A stretch of DNA of 62,145 bases, filler included, from Basidiobolus ranarum (Eukaryota): NCBI GenBank assembly GCA_040143965.1. It is 23 parts of 23 records of this genome, joined end to end, with 100 filler letters (N's around TTAATTAATTAA, not from the genome) between each part and the next. Parts side by side here need not be neighbours in the genome. Positions count along the whole stretch, not along the records: positions 1 to 2,616 come from JASJQH010003141.1; positions 2,717 to 5,332 come from JASJQH010003142.1; positions 5,433 to 8,047 come from JASJQH010003143.1; positions 8,148 to 10,762 come from JASJQH010003144.1; positions 10,863 to 13,476 come from JASJQH010003145.1; 18 more parts are not named here. The stretch is one strand, 5' to 3'. The notes below the pieces were generated by a model. The model did no database searches and was not told where the DNA came from. It saw only the letters and a program-made list of their open reading frames with translations. Position numbers and translations under genes: made by a program. This document shows positions 1-11,570 of the stretch, piece after piece. Numbering within the stretch: the stretch's first letter is position 1; each line of letters opens with the position of its first letter.

Positions 1-323
1 ATGCCAACAATAATGTCTGAAAAAGAACCGGGTTTGGTCTCAAAAGTAAGAGCAAATCATCTCATTTTTTGTGTTGTACACGTCCCAGAAGAAAAGGTGA
101 ATCGTCTAATTTGAATTTTCAGATCATCTCGAATTGGATTTCCAATCGTCAACCATATATATAACAATATATAGTGGCTTTAATAATTGCGGGGTAATAT
201 GGCGTGATTGATTGAGAAGGCCAATTAGGTTTCTCTTAAGTAGATGATGCACGAATTAGTGCATATATATATGTATGTAGTGATCCTCCTTTAAGCATTT
301 TGTTGGTTTCTATTTATTTTGTG

Positions 324-1130
324 ATGCGCGCCTATTACTATAACGACTCGCAAGAAGATCCTCGTGAGGCTCACGAATTAAACCCCAGTGTACCGGTAAC
401 TCTCGACGAACTTAAGGAAACCGGTGTATTATACTGGCGTCTGGATGGTGAGGAAGGTGGTCAGCAATTAGAGAAGATTGCCGAAGAAAGAGAATACAAG
501 AATCGAGATATAGTAAGTTTCATATAGTCAGTGTGCCTTAAAGTTCACCCCTAGCTCTGACTTGAACGACTTTTTATTATGTATATTAGGTTACCATTGC
601 TCCTGGAAAGTTACCTAACTATGAAGAGAAAATCAAGACCTTCTTTGAAGAGTAAGAGTTTTTATATATTTACTGTCAATCATAGTAACTTTTATAGTGG
701 TTCTAAATATTCACTACGTGGCTTAGACATTTACATGAGGACGAAGAAATCCGCTATATCCTTGAAGGGTCAGGATATTTTGACATCCGCGGTAAGTACC
801 TATCTGATTTTACTTTATATAGATTCTTACTTACTGAAAATATGCCTTAGATCCTAATGACAAATGGATTCGTATTGCGATGGAAGCTGGTGACATGATT
901 GTTTTGGTTTGTACCAATAGTTGTTAATATATTTACTGAAAGTATATAGCTAACATTCATATCATTTTATTTCTTAGCCTGCTGGTATCTACCATCGTTT
1001 CTGTTCGGACACCAAAAACTTCATTGTTGCTATGCGCTTATTTAAAGAAGAGCCCAAATGGACTGCCATCAACCGTCCTGCTGAAGAGAACCCATACCGT
1101 TTAGAATATTTGAAATCGATTCATGTTTAA
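324..1130 (+). CDS. ADI1: Acireductone dioxygenase (methionine salvage, cupin fold); exons 324-512, 590-651, 727-791, 851-906, 978-1130
   Basis: Spliced translation [17 protein letters not shown]...[28 protein letters not shown]...[22 protein letters not shown]...[17 protein letters not shown]. All four introns are GT..AG and the [10 protein letters not shown] metal motif is intact. Confidence 0.96.
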
Positions 1131-1879
1131 AAACTGAGGTATATTGGATTATTTCCCAGATGTACTTACTCCAACTTATACTGAACGTGTTACCTAGCTA
1201 GTTCTAACTTGTATTTACGAAATTATTAAGAAATCCAATTATCTAGCGTTGGAACATGAATATCCAATATGCAATGAAATTCTTTGAAACGATTCTTAAT
1301 AAAATCAAGCGATGTTGATTATTCAAGCCATATATAGTTGAATTGGGGAGACCAAAGAATTAACATGCTCCGAATTTCCAAAGATCAATATTTCCGTATT
1401 CACATCCTTATATCTGGAGCTTCCTGTCCGCAAGTAACTATAGCGACCTTAGCTATGAGAATCCCAAAAACGGTGTCACTATGTTGATTCGATCACCATA
1501 CATGTGCCAATTTGATCATAGTGGTATTACTACGCAAGACGCAACATCAATCCAAGAATACAAAGTGGAATATGCTTCTCGGTGAAATGTGGATTATCGA
1601 GGTAGATTTCTATTTTACGAACTGTTTTGAAGTGAAACGGATAGATTATTCCATTCACCCCAAGTAAAGCACCAGAGTCATGACAAAGATGACTCTATAT
1701 TGTTGTGAGAGGTGTAACTATTGAGCAGTGATTTTGATAATAGTAAGTAAAATATAAGTTTCAGTAAATAACAAAATCTATGGGTTCTTTTCATTAATCT
1801 ACCTCCTAATTCTGAATGTTTTTAAGATTGATTTCTAGGTGGTTTTCTTGGGGATTTTAAGTTACCTTAGAGTTAAATG

Positions 1880-2390
1880 TTGCTGCGTTATTTAGCCATC
1901 TATGAAGATTATCAACATCTTTAGCACAATCTAGGTCTTCGTGGTAAATGGGTTATCGATTGAAGCTTGACCACGGTATTTGGAATTTGAGCATTGTCTA
2001 CACCATCAAACGATTCACCACCAAATAACTCCAAGAAGCAATAGAGAGTTCATCCAATAATTCTTCATAACAGGAGGGACAGCAACAACGAAAAATTTCC
2101 TTCGAGTTTCATCTGGATATGGGATACGGACTATCCAAAGAAATTTATTGATATCATCGCCAGAGTATCCAATAACGAGGATATATATGTAGCATCGTGT
2201 GACGCATAACTTCATATACATCATCCTCAGAAGTTATGAATCCCTTTCCGATAGTTACAATATGAAACTCTGTAGCCATTGATGATATATCAGCTTGACG
2301 AGAGGCAAAGACGATGAATAACCATTGGATGTTACCCAGGTGTAAAGAATCATGAAGAGACCGAAGAAGATACATGATGTTCACCACAAA
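1880..2390 (-). pseudogene. STT3: Decayed fragment of oligosaccharyltransferase catalytic subunit STT3 (C-terminal half)
   Basis: Minus-strand motifs in changing frames: TWVTSNGYSS (~2312-2341), FASRQAD, HIVTIGKG..SEDDVYEVMRH, GYSGDDINKFLWIVRI (~2123-2170), DVDNL (~1905-1920). Frameshifts and deletions; the WWDYG motif is missing. Confidence 0.85.
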
Positions 2391-2616
2391 CTTTGAGTTG
2401 ACGTTCCTAATACTATAGAAAATTCTTCTCCCTTCGACTCGAGGTTTTAGTAATCAAGAAAACTTAACAGAAATCCAGAAAACCTCTTCGAATTAAGTAT
2501 CTAAGATGTACAAATTGCACTGGGCCTATTGTCATAACAGGATACACCATTGAAAATAATTCGACTACTAATGTTATAAATATAAACAATTCATATAATT
2601 TAGGAACCATTGCCGT

Positions 2617-2716
2617 NNNNNNNNNNNNNNNNNNNNNNNNNNNNNNNNNNNNNNNNNNNNTTAATTAATTAANNNNNNNNNNNNNNNNNNNNNNNNNNNN
2701 NNNNNNNNNNNNNNNN
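2617..2716. other. Artificial contig linker (N44-TTAATTAATTAA-N44); first of 22, others start at 5333, 8048, 10763, 13477, 16191, 18903, 21615, 24326, 27033, 29740, 32446, 35150, 37854, 40557, 43258, 45958, 48657, 51355, 54053, 56751, 59449
   Basis: Identical 100-bp spacer with stops in all six frames. Contig lengths fall monotonically from 2616 to 2597 bp, so neighbouring contigs are not biologically adjacent. Confidence 0.99.
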
Positions 2717-2826
2717 AAAATCCCTGGCAGAATGCAAGCCAACGATATTGTGACGGTTCTCTGACGGTTTTGCTATTTCGGAGGGTGGATCCGATCCGGA
2801 TCAAATCGATTTTATTTTTGTTAGGG
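2717..2826 (+). mobile_element. CMC (CACTA/EnSpm-like) DNA transposon right end, CpG-intact copy
   Basis: Ends ...GATCAAATCGATTTTATTTTTGTTAGGG with TGACGG subterminal repeats. Same end at ~13600-13899, 34974-35149 (-), ~40108-40556 (-), ~44380-44609 and ~51930-52163. Confidence 0.85.
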
Positions 2827-2975
2827 AAGGATGAAAACACCATAGAACTTTATTGAACAAAGACACATCAATACTGAGCAATAGAAAGGTTTGGGCAGTA
2901 TATTTTTATAGGAGAAGATTTACTCAACATATACAGAACAGATTTCAACTGGCATAGGTCCTGATATGGAATTAT

Positions 2976-4393
2976 TGTTGAAATTAGCATTACCTAAACA
3001 CCTATATAGTCATATATAGTTTAGTATTTAGTTACCATCTATTTCACTACAATATTACCCATTATTCACAATTGGAACTTACTTAGTATATTTCTACCAA
3101 CTTACAACTTCTTGAATGTATAGATTTTTCAAACTTATGCTAGAAACCCAAAACCTTGCACACATGTTTCTGGGACCTTCCTTAACATATTCTACATGCT
3201 AGTTTACTTACATCTTGACTAAACTATATATATCTACTTTCAACTCAATATATCAATAAGTGAAAACCACCAACAACTCTAATACTGCAAGCCACTTCCA
3301 CCAGGCTTGCAAACACTTTAACAGGCTAAGAGCCCCAAGCTTGTACTCTCTACAATATCTACTATTCCAACTTTTGGAACTTTTGCTTATTCTGAAAAAT
3401 TGAGAACCAATATCATATTTGGAAAATTAAAATAAAAATGCTGTTGCAAGAAAAAGGACTCTGGGACACTGTTGTGGGGGATGAAAGCAATGCAAAACTG
3501 TCTGAAACCAAAGTTTTACTTCTAGTTAACAAAGAACAAAGTGTCTTTAACACAATTTGTCTTGAAGTCAAAGACAAATAAATAATTCAATGTTCAGGAG
3601 CAAAAACTGCCAAGGAAGTATGGAAAGCCTTGGTAGACACCTACCAAGCATGCTCTGCTGCCAACAGATGTTTCTAGGAAGACAATTCTTTAACCAAATG
3701 ATGAAGTCAGGAGAAGATGTTAAATCACTAATTAACAGAGTTGCTATTTTAGTATATGAAATGTAATGTAATGGAGTGCCTACTACTGATCAGGATATCA
3801 TAGTTACAGTCCTCAATAGCCTGTTAGTCAAATTTCAGAGCCCAAAAATGGCTCTGGAATCACAAACTGAAAATTTGACCCTGACTACTAATTGGGCAGG
3901 CTTCTGAATTAAGATATATTATTAATTCAACAATTAATATCTGTATGCAAAGCTTCCTCAGAAGGGCTAAAACTGAACTTTATAAGTGAAGATACACTAT
4001 CACTGATCAAAATGAGAATTATTTAGCTTTGGGAGAAAAGGATTAGAACTTATATAAGCCCACATATAATCTAAGAGACTTGTGTGTCAATAACAATTCT
4101 TTCAATCAATAAAATATTCAATTATGGCACAAAAGAGTTAGTAATACTAGTTTTGATTATTTGAGTAAACTGATCTACAATTTCTTAATTTTTGGAATTC
4201 AAATTAACCTCCAACCAAAGTGGAAATCTATGATGATTGAATATATGGAAAATAAACCAACCAACTGCTCAGGGGCCCTGGCGCAAGGCAACCTGTCCAA
4301 AACTGGATCTAACACATTAAGATATGTGTAGACTGATATAAACTTATCTTTGGGTGGAAAAAGATATTTGAACATCTTTATTGATGATTATAT
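2976..4393 (+). mobile_element. Degenerate Ty1/copia family A: 5' LTR-A (2976-3323), decayed PBS (3324-3336), gag and pre-integrase remnants
   Basis: LTR TGTTGAAATTAGC...TTTAACA. Gag-like WKIKIKMLLQEKGLWDTVVG; GAG-pre-integrase QLWHKR. Many stops. Confidence 0.9.
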
Positions 4394-5332
4394 TGCTGAA
4401 ATTAGCATTGCCTAAACACCTATATAGTCATATATAACTTAGGAATTGATTATCTTATAACTCACTAAGATATTATCAATTATTCTCAATCAGAATTTAC
4501 TTTGAATATTTTTACCAACTTAGAAGTTCTCAGATATATAAATTTTTCAAACTTGTGCTAGAAGCCCCAAACTTTGCACACATGTTTCTGAGACATTCCT
4601 TAACATTTTCTACATGTTAGTTTGCTTACATCTTGGCAAAACTATAAATGCCAACTTTCTACTCAATAAATTAATAAGTGAAAACCATCAATTCCTCTAA
4701 TTCTCCAAACCACTTCCAACAGGCTCCCAAATGCTTTAACAGGTTATGAGCCCCAAGTTTGCACTCTCTGTAATGGCTACTTCTCAAATTTATGGAACTT
4801 TTCCCTCTTCTGAAAAATTGGATGGAACCAATTATCCAGTTTGCAAAATTAAAATGAAAATGCTGCTGCAAGCAAAAGGACTTTGAGACACTGTTGTAGG
4901 AGAAGAAAACAATGCAAAACTATGTGAAACCAAAGCTTTACTCCAGGTTAAAAAAGAACAAAGTGCCTTCAACACAATTTGTCTCAATGTTAAAGACAAA
5001 TTGCTAATTTATTGTTCAAGTGCTAAAAGTGCCAAGAAGGTATAGAAAGCCTTGGAAGACACCTACCAAACAAGTTCTGCTGCCAACAAGATGTTTCTAA
5101 GAAGACAATTCTTTAACTCAAAGATGAAGCCAGGAGAAGACATTAAATCACTGATTAATAGAGGCACTATTTTGGTAGTTGAAATGGAATGCATTGGAGT
5201 ACCTACTACTGATCAAGATATCATACTTACAGTCCTGAATAGACTGCCACACAAGTTTCAGAGCCTAGTAATGGCTCTAGAATCAAGAACTGAAAATTTG
5301 ACCTTATAATATGTATTTGGCAGATTTCTGGA
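4394..5332 (+). mobile_element. Second copia family A element nested in the first: LTR-A 4394-4741, PBS 4742-4754, gag from 4746
   Basis: LTR-A followed by GGTTATGAGCCCC and gag (...EDTYQTSSAANKMFLRRQFFNSKMKPGED...). Confidence 0.92.
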
Positions 5333-5432
5333 NNNNNNNNNNNNNNNNNNNNNNNNNNNNNNNNNNNNNNNNNNNNTTAATTAATTAANNNNNNNNNNNN
5401 NNNNNNNNNNNNNNNNNNNNNNNNNNNNNNNN

Positions 5433-6231
5433 TGGACCTCCAGAAGAAGAGAGCTATATGGAGCAACCAGTTGGATTTGTTGACCCAAAACATCCTGATA
5501 TGGTCTGTAAACTGCAAAAATTGCTCTATGGACTCAAGCAAGCACCCAGGGCATGGTATAACGAGATGGATACGTTTTTAGAATCTCTGGAGTCCCAAAA
5601 ATGCACAGCAGATCATAGTTCTTCTATCAAAACATCCGGTAATAGGATCCTTATCTTGGCACTATATGTGGATGACTTAATCATAGCCACAAATGATCTA
5701 GAAGCACTTAATGAGACAAAAAGCAGCTTTTCAAACCAATTTCAGATGACTGATATGGGTGAGTTAGGTTATTTTCTTGGAATAGTAATCAGGAGAGATA
5801 AACCTAATCAGAAAATCATGCTGAATCAGTCTAGATACATCCTAGACATCCTAAAATGCTTCAACATGGAGAATAGCAAGCCTGTATCAATACCAATGGA
5901 TCCCCATGTGAAATTGATTAAAATTGCATCCGATTTGGCCCAAATTGGCTCAAATCAAAGCCAGGAGTTCCCTTATCAATCCATGGTTGGTGCTTTAATG
6001 TATACAATGGTTGGAACACATCCAGACATTGCTGTGGCAGTGGAAACAGTCAGCCAATATCTCAAAAATCCAGGATCTGAGCACAAAACTGCAGTAAAAC
6101 AAATATTCAAGTATATGAGGAGAACTGTAGATCTAGTTCTGGAAAACTCTGCCACTCCTGATGCTTGAAATTGTGAAGCTACAGTGATGAAGACTGGGGA
6201 AGAAGCCTTGATGATAGAAGATCAACAACTG
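5433..6231 (+). mobile_element. Ty1/copia reverse transcriptase fragment
   Basis: ORF 5458-6168: MEQPVGF, LYGLKQAPRAW, LYVDDL, YQSMVGALMY, HPDIA. Confidence 0.95.
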
Positions 6232-8047
6232 TGATAAAAGGGCTTAGGGGATTTGAAAGTGTTTTGGACAAGATTTGAATTCATGAATTAGACACTTAAG
6301 TTTTATTGAATTGAATATGTCCTATCTATAGTTTCCTATGAAATAGGACTATTGCATGTGCTTAGATCATAACAAACATGCCGGTTAAGCGTGCGTGAAA
6401 ATTTGAAGTGATTTGCAGAGGTTTTGAGAAAATAGTGAAAACACATGTTTTTAAATGACAGAATTGAGTGCTAAATAATCAGAATATGAATAAACTAACT
6501 ACTCAATAATGAGTTGCTATTCACCTAATTTTAACATTCTCTCTCAACTAATTATTTTGTATTTCTCTTAAACCTAACTTATATCTTATTAATATGAATT
6601 TTGCTATAGCTAAAGGTTTGGTTAAGATACCAGCTATCATTACTTCATTAGGGTGCTAGACAAGTTCAATTATATCATTCTCTATTGCTTTGCTAACAAA
6701 ATGATGCCTATTGTCTATATGTTTTGTTTTATTACAAAATATAGGGTTTTTAGCTAGTGAAATAAAATTTGATTATCTTCAAATACAGTAGTATTACATT
6801 CTTGCATTAATCCCAAGTCTTTCAATAACTTCCTCAACCATATAGCTCCTTGTGTAGTAGCAGAGATAGCCATATACTGTGCTTCTATAGTAGAAAGTGC
6901 TACAATTGGTTGCCTCTAGCTATTCCAAGTTATGCATCCATTACCATAAAAAAATGAGTACCCAGTTGTTGATTTTTGATCATCAAGGTTTCTACCACAG
7001 TCGCATCACTGTAGCCTTCAAACATTTGTGCATCAGCAGTGGCAGAGCACTCCAAAAGTAGATCTAAAGTTCCTCTCAAATATTTACTTATTGGTTTTAC
7101 TGCAGTTTTGTACTCAGATCCTGGATTTTTGAGATATAGGCTGACAATTCCTACTGTCACAGCAATGTCTGGACATGTTTCAACAATTGTATACATTAAA
7201 CTACTCACCATGGATTAATAAGGCAACTCCTGGCTTTGATTTGAGTCATTTTAGGCCAAATCAGATGAAATTTTGATTAATTTCACATTGGGATCCATTG
7301 GTGCTAATCCAGGCTTGCTCTTCTTCATGTTTAAGTGTTTTAGGATATCCAGGATCTTTCTGGACTGATTCAGTATGATTTTCTGATTGGGTTTATTTCT
7401 CTCAATTTGGGTTTGAAGAAAATAACTTAATTAACCCATATCAGTCATCTGAAATTGGTTTGATAAGCTGCTTTTTGCCTGATTAAGTGCTTCTAGATCA
7501 TTTGAGGATATGATGAAATCATCCAGATGTATTTTGAAAGTAAAACTCAAATGTCTATTTCACAAATCCAAATCTAGTCCAAAACACTCCCAAATCCCCT
7601 AAACACTTTTGTCAATACAGTGCCAAGATAAGGATCCCATTTCCAGTTGTTATGATGTTAATACTGTGATCTGCTGTGCATTTTTCAACATCTAGTGATT
7701 CCATATAGGTATCTATCTTTTTTACCATGCCCTAGGTGCTTTCTTGAGGCCATATACTAATTTTTGCAGTTTGCAGTCCATATCAAGATGCTCAGCTTCT
7801 AGATTTCAATTCAGAAAGGCTGTTTTCACATCCTTTTGATGTAAAGCAAGGTTATGGACAACTGAGAGTGCCAGGATTGATCTAATGGAGTTAAACTTAG
7901 GTATTGGAGCAAAAGTTTATTATAATCAACTTGAGGGGTCTGGGAATAGCCTTTTGCAACTAATCTTGCTTGGTACTTTTCTATGGTTCCATCAGCTTGG
8001 TTTTTGCCTTTGTAGACCCATTTGCAACCTATTGGCTTTCTCCCTGA
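6232..8047 (-). mobile_element. Copia family B 3' half: RT/RNase H, polypurine tract (~6537-6549) and 3' LTR-B (6232-6536); a partial LTR-B (+, ~7535-7614) interrupts the RT
   Basis: Minus-strand SSLMY..CPDIA, GYSDA and KHID-type motifs. Purine run GTTGAGAGAGAA directly before TGTTAAAATTAGG. Confidence 0.9.
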
Positions 8048-8297
8048 NNNNNNNNNNNNNNNNNNNNNNNNNNNNNNNNNNNNNNNNNNNNTTAATTAAT
8101 TAANNNNNNNNNNNNNNNNNNNNNNNNNNNNNNNNNNNNNNNNNNNNCAAGTTTATCGTTGATGTTGAAGAGATTGATATCACTAAACTATGTTTAACTT
8201 GGCCGTAACACCTCCTGCCATATTACACCATGTCTATAAAGACTCGGCTTAAGAACCATGCTCCGAGTAACTATTGACGATTCTTATCACCTTCCTT

Positions 8298-8954
8298 ATG
8301 AGCACCAGAAGCTTAGATGATATTTCTTGCGCCAGCTCTGAGCCTAGCCCTGTGGCCGATAGCTATGAAATCGACCGGCTTTTAAGAGAGTTTAATCCAG
8401 AAGCTACTGTATCAGTACATAACGGTGGACGAGCAGTGAAAGCCAAACGAAAGCGGGCCAATCCTCATCAAATTAAAATGCTAAATCAAATATTAAGCCG
8501 TAATAACTTTCCATCGAAAGAGTTGCGAGAAAAGATTGCTCAAAAAGTGGGCATGCATCCAAGAAGTGTTCAAATATGGTTCCAAAATAAAAGGCAAGAG
8601 ATGAAGAAGAAACCCCAATCTAATGATGAACTTTCGCCAGATGCTCATAACTCTCCTGAGAGTACCACTTTCTCAATGAGTGAACCTTCCCACCAACCCA
8701 TCGAATCACTAGGAAACATCAAGCTACCATCTATATCTAACTTACTAGTATCTAGCGATAAGTACGTACAGTCGAACATTCGAAGTGGTTCCAGTACTCG
8801 TCTTCATATACTACCTTACCCTCATCCAATGCATAGGCACACTATACCAAAACTTAAATTACCAGTGCGTTCCGTGGCGAATCTATTTCCTTACCAGGCC
8901 AAACTACGACAGGATCTTCTGGAACTTAAGGCTCCGCTAGAGTTTCGTCTGTAA
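8298..8954 (+). CDS. Homeodomain transcription factor (218 aa)
   Basis: KRKRANPHQIKMLNQILSRNNFPSKELREKIAQKVGMHPRSVQIWFQNKRQ contains the canonical helix-3 WFQN(K/R)R. First ATG is at 8298. Confidence 0.93.
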   Translation: MSTRSLDDISCASSEPSPVADSYEIDRLLREFNPEATVSVHNGGRAVKAKRKRANPHQIKMLNQILSRNNFPSKELREKIAQKVGMHPRSVQIWFQNKRQEMKKKPQSNDELSPDAHNSPESTTFSMSEPSHQPIESLGNIKLPSISNLLVSSDKYVQSNIRSGSSTRLHILPYPHPMHRHTIPKLKLPVRSVANLFPYQAKLRQDLLELKAPLEFRL

Positions 8955-9448
8955 GATATGATAGTACCTTTGGTCCAAGTACAATACGACACAAAGTTAA
9001 CTCAGAACCGTGCTTACACTGGTAACCTTCTGTGATAGTTACTCAAAACGGTGAAATCTGTGCCAATCTGCTTCGAACTTTTGAGTGACTACACTCTACA
9101 GAAATGCAGTTATATCCACAGTAACCGAAGGTGATAAAAGCCGAATAAACTTTGAAACGAAACCACATACACTCTTACCTATTAATAAAAGAGAAAAAAT
9201 CCACACATCTTTTGGTTAACTCATAGATTTTATCTTTGGAAAGTAGATACAAATGAGCTTATGAGAAGTAGTCCTTGATAGTTTAAGTGAAAAAAATGTG
9301 GTGCAGAAAGTGTGAATACTCGAAAATTTCAAGGTTAATTCTAGAAGTGATTGCGAGTTGGAACATGAAATGAAATACGTAAGACAAGAATTAACTCTAA
9401 ACCGGGCGTTTTTATGAAGAAATGTATGAGAACCGAAAGGAAATCCTT

Positions 9449-9868
9449 TTAATAAGTAAAACCGTGAGGTCTCTCGACAACAAAACCTCTAGCAGCCTTT
9501 ACTCTGGTTTCGTGAGGTTGCTTTACATTGTGTACTTTCAAAATCTCCTTCAACTTCAAGATCGTACCTGCAACATCAGAGGTTTGGGGTCTAAACACAG
9601 TTTGTTGCAATCTTCTAAAACCCAAAGCCTTGACAGCTCTACGGGTTTTAGGGTGAAGACCAATACAGGAACGAATCAAAGTAATTTTGAAGAAACCAGT
9701 GGGCTGAAGCTTGTTTCCTTCGTCAACAGTCTTCTTGGCATCTTTTGAGAGCCATTTGTAAGCATTCTGAGCCTTTTGTCTGGCATATTCTTGATCAGGC
9801 AGTTTCTGAGTGGGTTCTGAAATACGTGGTACAACACGTCTAACAAAAAGGCTTCTAGTTGCGTTCAT
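9449..9868 (-). CDS. MRPL33: Mitochondrial large-subunit ribosomal protein uL30m (MRPL33-like)
   Basis: Arg-rich presequence-like MNATRSLFVRR, then L30 domain FFKITLIRSCIGLHPKTRRAVKALGFRRLQQTVF...VAGTILKLKEILKV. Confidence 0.85.
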   Translation of the reverse strand: MNATRSLFVRRVVPRISEPTQKLPDQEYARQKAQNAYKWLSKDAKKTVDEGNKLQPTGFFKITLIRSCIGLHPKTRRAVKALGFRRLQQTVFRPQTSDVAGTILKLKEILKVHNVKQPHETRVKAARGFVVERPHGFTY

Positions 9869-10466
9869 GGTTAAAGGAGAAAGTAAATAGTTCTTGCGAC
9901 TAAGGAAACACAGTACGAAAGACAATGCAACTCGAATTTGACCATTCCCCAAGTCAGTAGAAATTTTTCCCTACGCTAAACTGCTCAAAAATTTGGAAGT
10001 GACATTTGATTGGATGTGAATTGATTTCATTGAAGCATACTGAATTGCATATGAAGTTGCTTATCCATTTCAAGTAATTTATTCTAATTTGACATCTACA
10101 TTAATTAAGCAACAAATTCCACAGAAACACACAATTAAACAGCTAGTCATCAGGTAATTAAAGATAGCAAGAACACAGTCAAACACAACCACAACGCTTG
10201 CTGAAATGCACTAAGAAATGCAGGTTGAGGAAGGAACCAGTATGTAGACTCAGCGGCCTAGTCAATGCAAGAATGAAATAGAGATTTGGATGGTTCAAGA
10301 GCTATCAAGTACTTGGTAGGATTCAAACTATTCTTAGGCTAATGTCGATAAATCCATAAATAAAAAACTCAACTTGACTCAATGAAAACATGCATACTTT
10401 ATTACGATACAAAGTAAAAGAGAGAAATCAATCTAAGTTGGACTAAATAACGTTAATTATGAGTTC

Positions 10467-10742
10467 TTAAGCGGAAGGAGTGGTCTGCTTTTGAGCTTGG
10501 GTACCCTCACGGAATCCATTCTTAAAACGACGAGATACGTTCTTAAGATGTCTCATGCGACCAGTACCGGTGGTCTTTCTACGCTTAGCCTTTTGGCCCC
10601 AGTTGAAGCTACGAAGCTTAGCGGCAGGATATCCGCAAGAAGCACAGGTCTTCTTTTGGTTGTGGAAAGAACGTTTACCACAACGACGGCAGAGAGTGTG
10701 ACTCTTGGTGTGACGCTTACCAAAACTTTGGGTACCCTTAGT
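10467..10742 (-). CDS. RPL37: 60S ribosomal protein eL37, last exon (ATG exon lies beyond the contig end)
   Basis: TTTAG acceptor, then [66 protein letters not shown]...TAA. Confidence 0.97.
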   Translation of the reverse strand, partial: TKGTQSFGKRHTKSHTLCRRCGKRSFHNQKKTCASCGYPAAKLRSFNWGQKAKRRKTTGTGRMRHLKNVSRRFKNGFREGTQAQKQTTPSA

Positions 10743-10862
10743 CTAAAATCATAACAAGAATANNNNNNNNNNNNNNNNNNNNNNNNNNNNNNNNNNNNNN
10801 NNNNNNTTAATTAATTAANNNNNNNNNNNNNNNNNNNNNNNNNNNNNNNNNNNNNNNNNNNN

Positions 10863-10949
10863 ATTGATAATATTTTAGTGAATTATAAGATAACTAAGTA
10901 CTAAGCTATATATGACTATATAGGTGTTTAGGCTATGTTAATTTAAACA
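10863..10949 (-). repeat. Partial LTR-A
   Basis: Matches the 5' part of the LTR-A consensus on the minus strand. Confidence 0.85.
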
Positions 10950-11570
10950 AGTACATCAAAGCAAACACTACCCCACTCCACTTGAGGCGGGGAATGATGG
11001 GGGTTCAACAAAGAAGGAAGTTAGTGTGCCCCTCTTTCCAAGCCCTTCTCAAGATTTAAAATTTTAGAAGTAAAACAAATTCTTTTGCCATGTGATCTCT
11101 CTTCCCCTTTCCTGTCAAGTCAACTAGTGTTGGATGAAGATAGAGTAAGATCCACTGTGAAAGCAGCAGCTTATGTAGAAGTGAGCCAAAAGAGGACACC
11201 ACCTTAAATCAACAGAATTTTCCAACATTAATATATGCAGCAACAATGGTGAATGCTGATGTATATTTATTAGTAACAGCATCACCTCTATTCAAACATG
11301 ATTCTACTTCACTATTAATTGCAATAATTTCAATGTCCAACAAAATCAATTAATGCTCTTAGCCAGGTGCTTCAAAATACATAATTTTTCAACCCAAAAG
11401 CACTTTGATGTTCATGGCAATAAATGAAATCACCAAGTCTATCAAACTAGAAGCTTGGAATGTCTACAATGTTTGCTTCCTATATATCACATTCAGATTT
11501 GCTCAAATTTTTAGACAAATTTTACCTAGCTGTAGTAGTTTGTATGTGAGCTATAGAGTAATGTTGAACT

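Noticed and set aside
579-857. 92-aa ORF overlapping ADI1
   Set aside because: Off-frame read-through of ADI1 exons and introns.
9422-10754. Plus-strand ORFs 9422-9748 and 10491-10754
   Set aside because: Antisense shadows of uL30m and RPL37.
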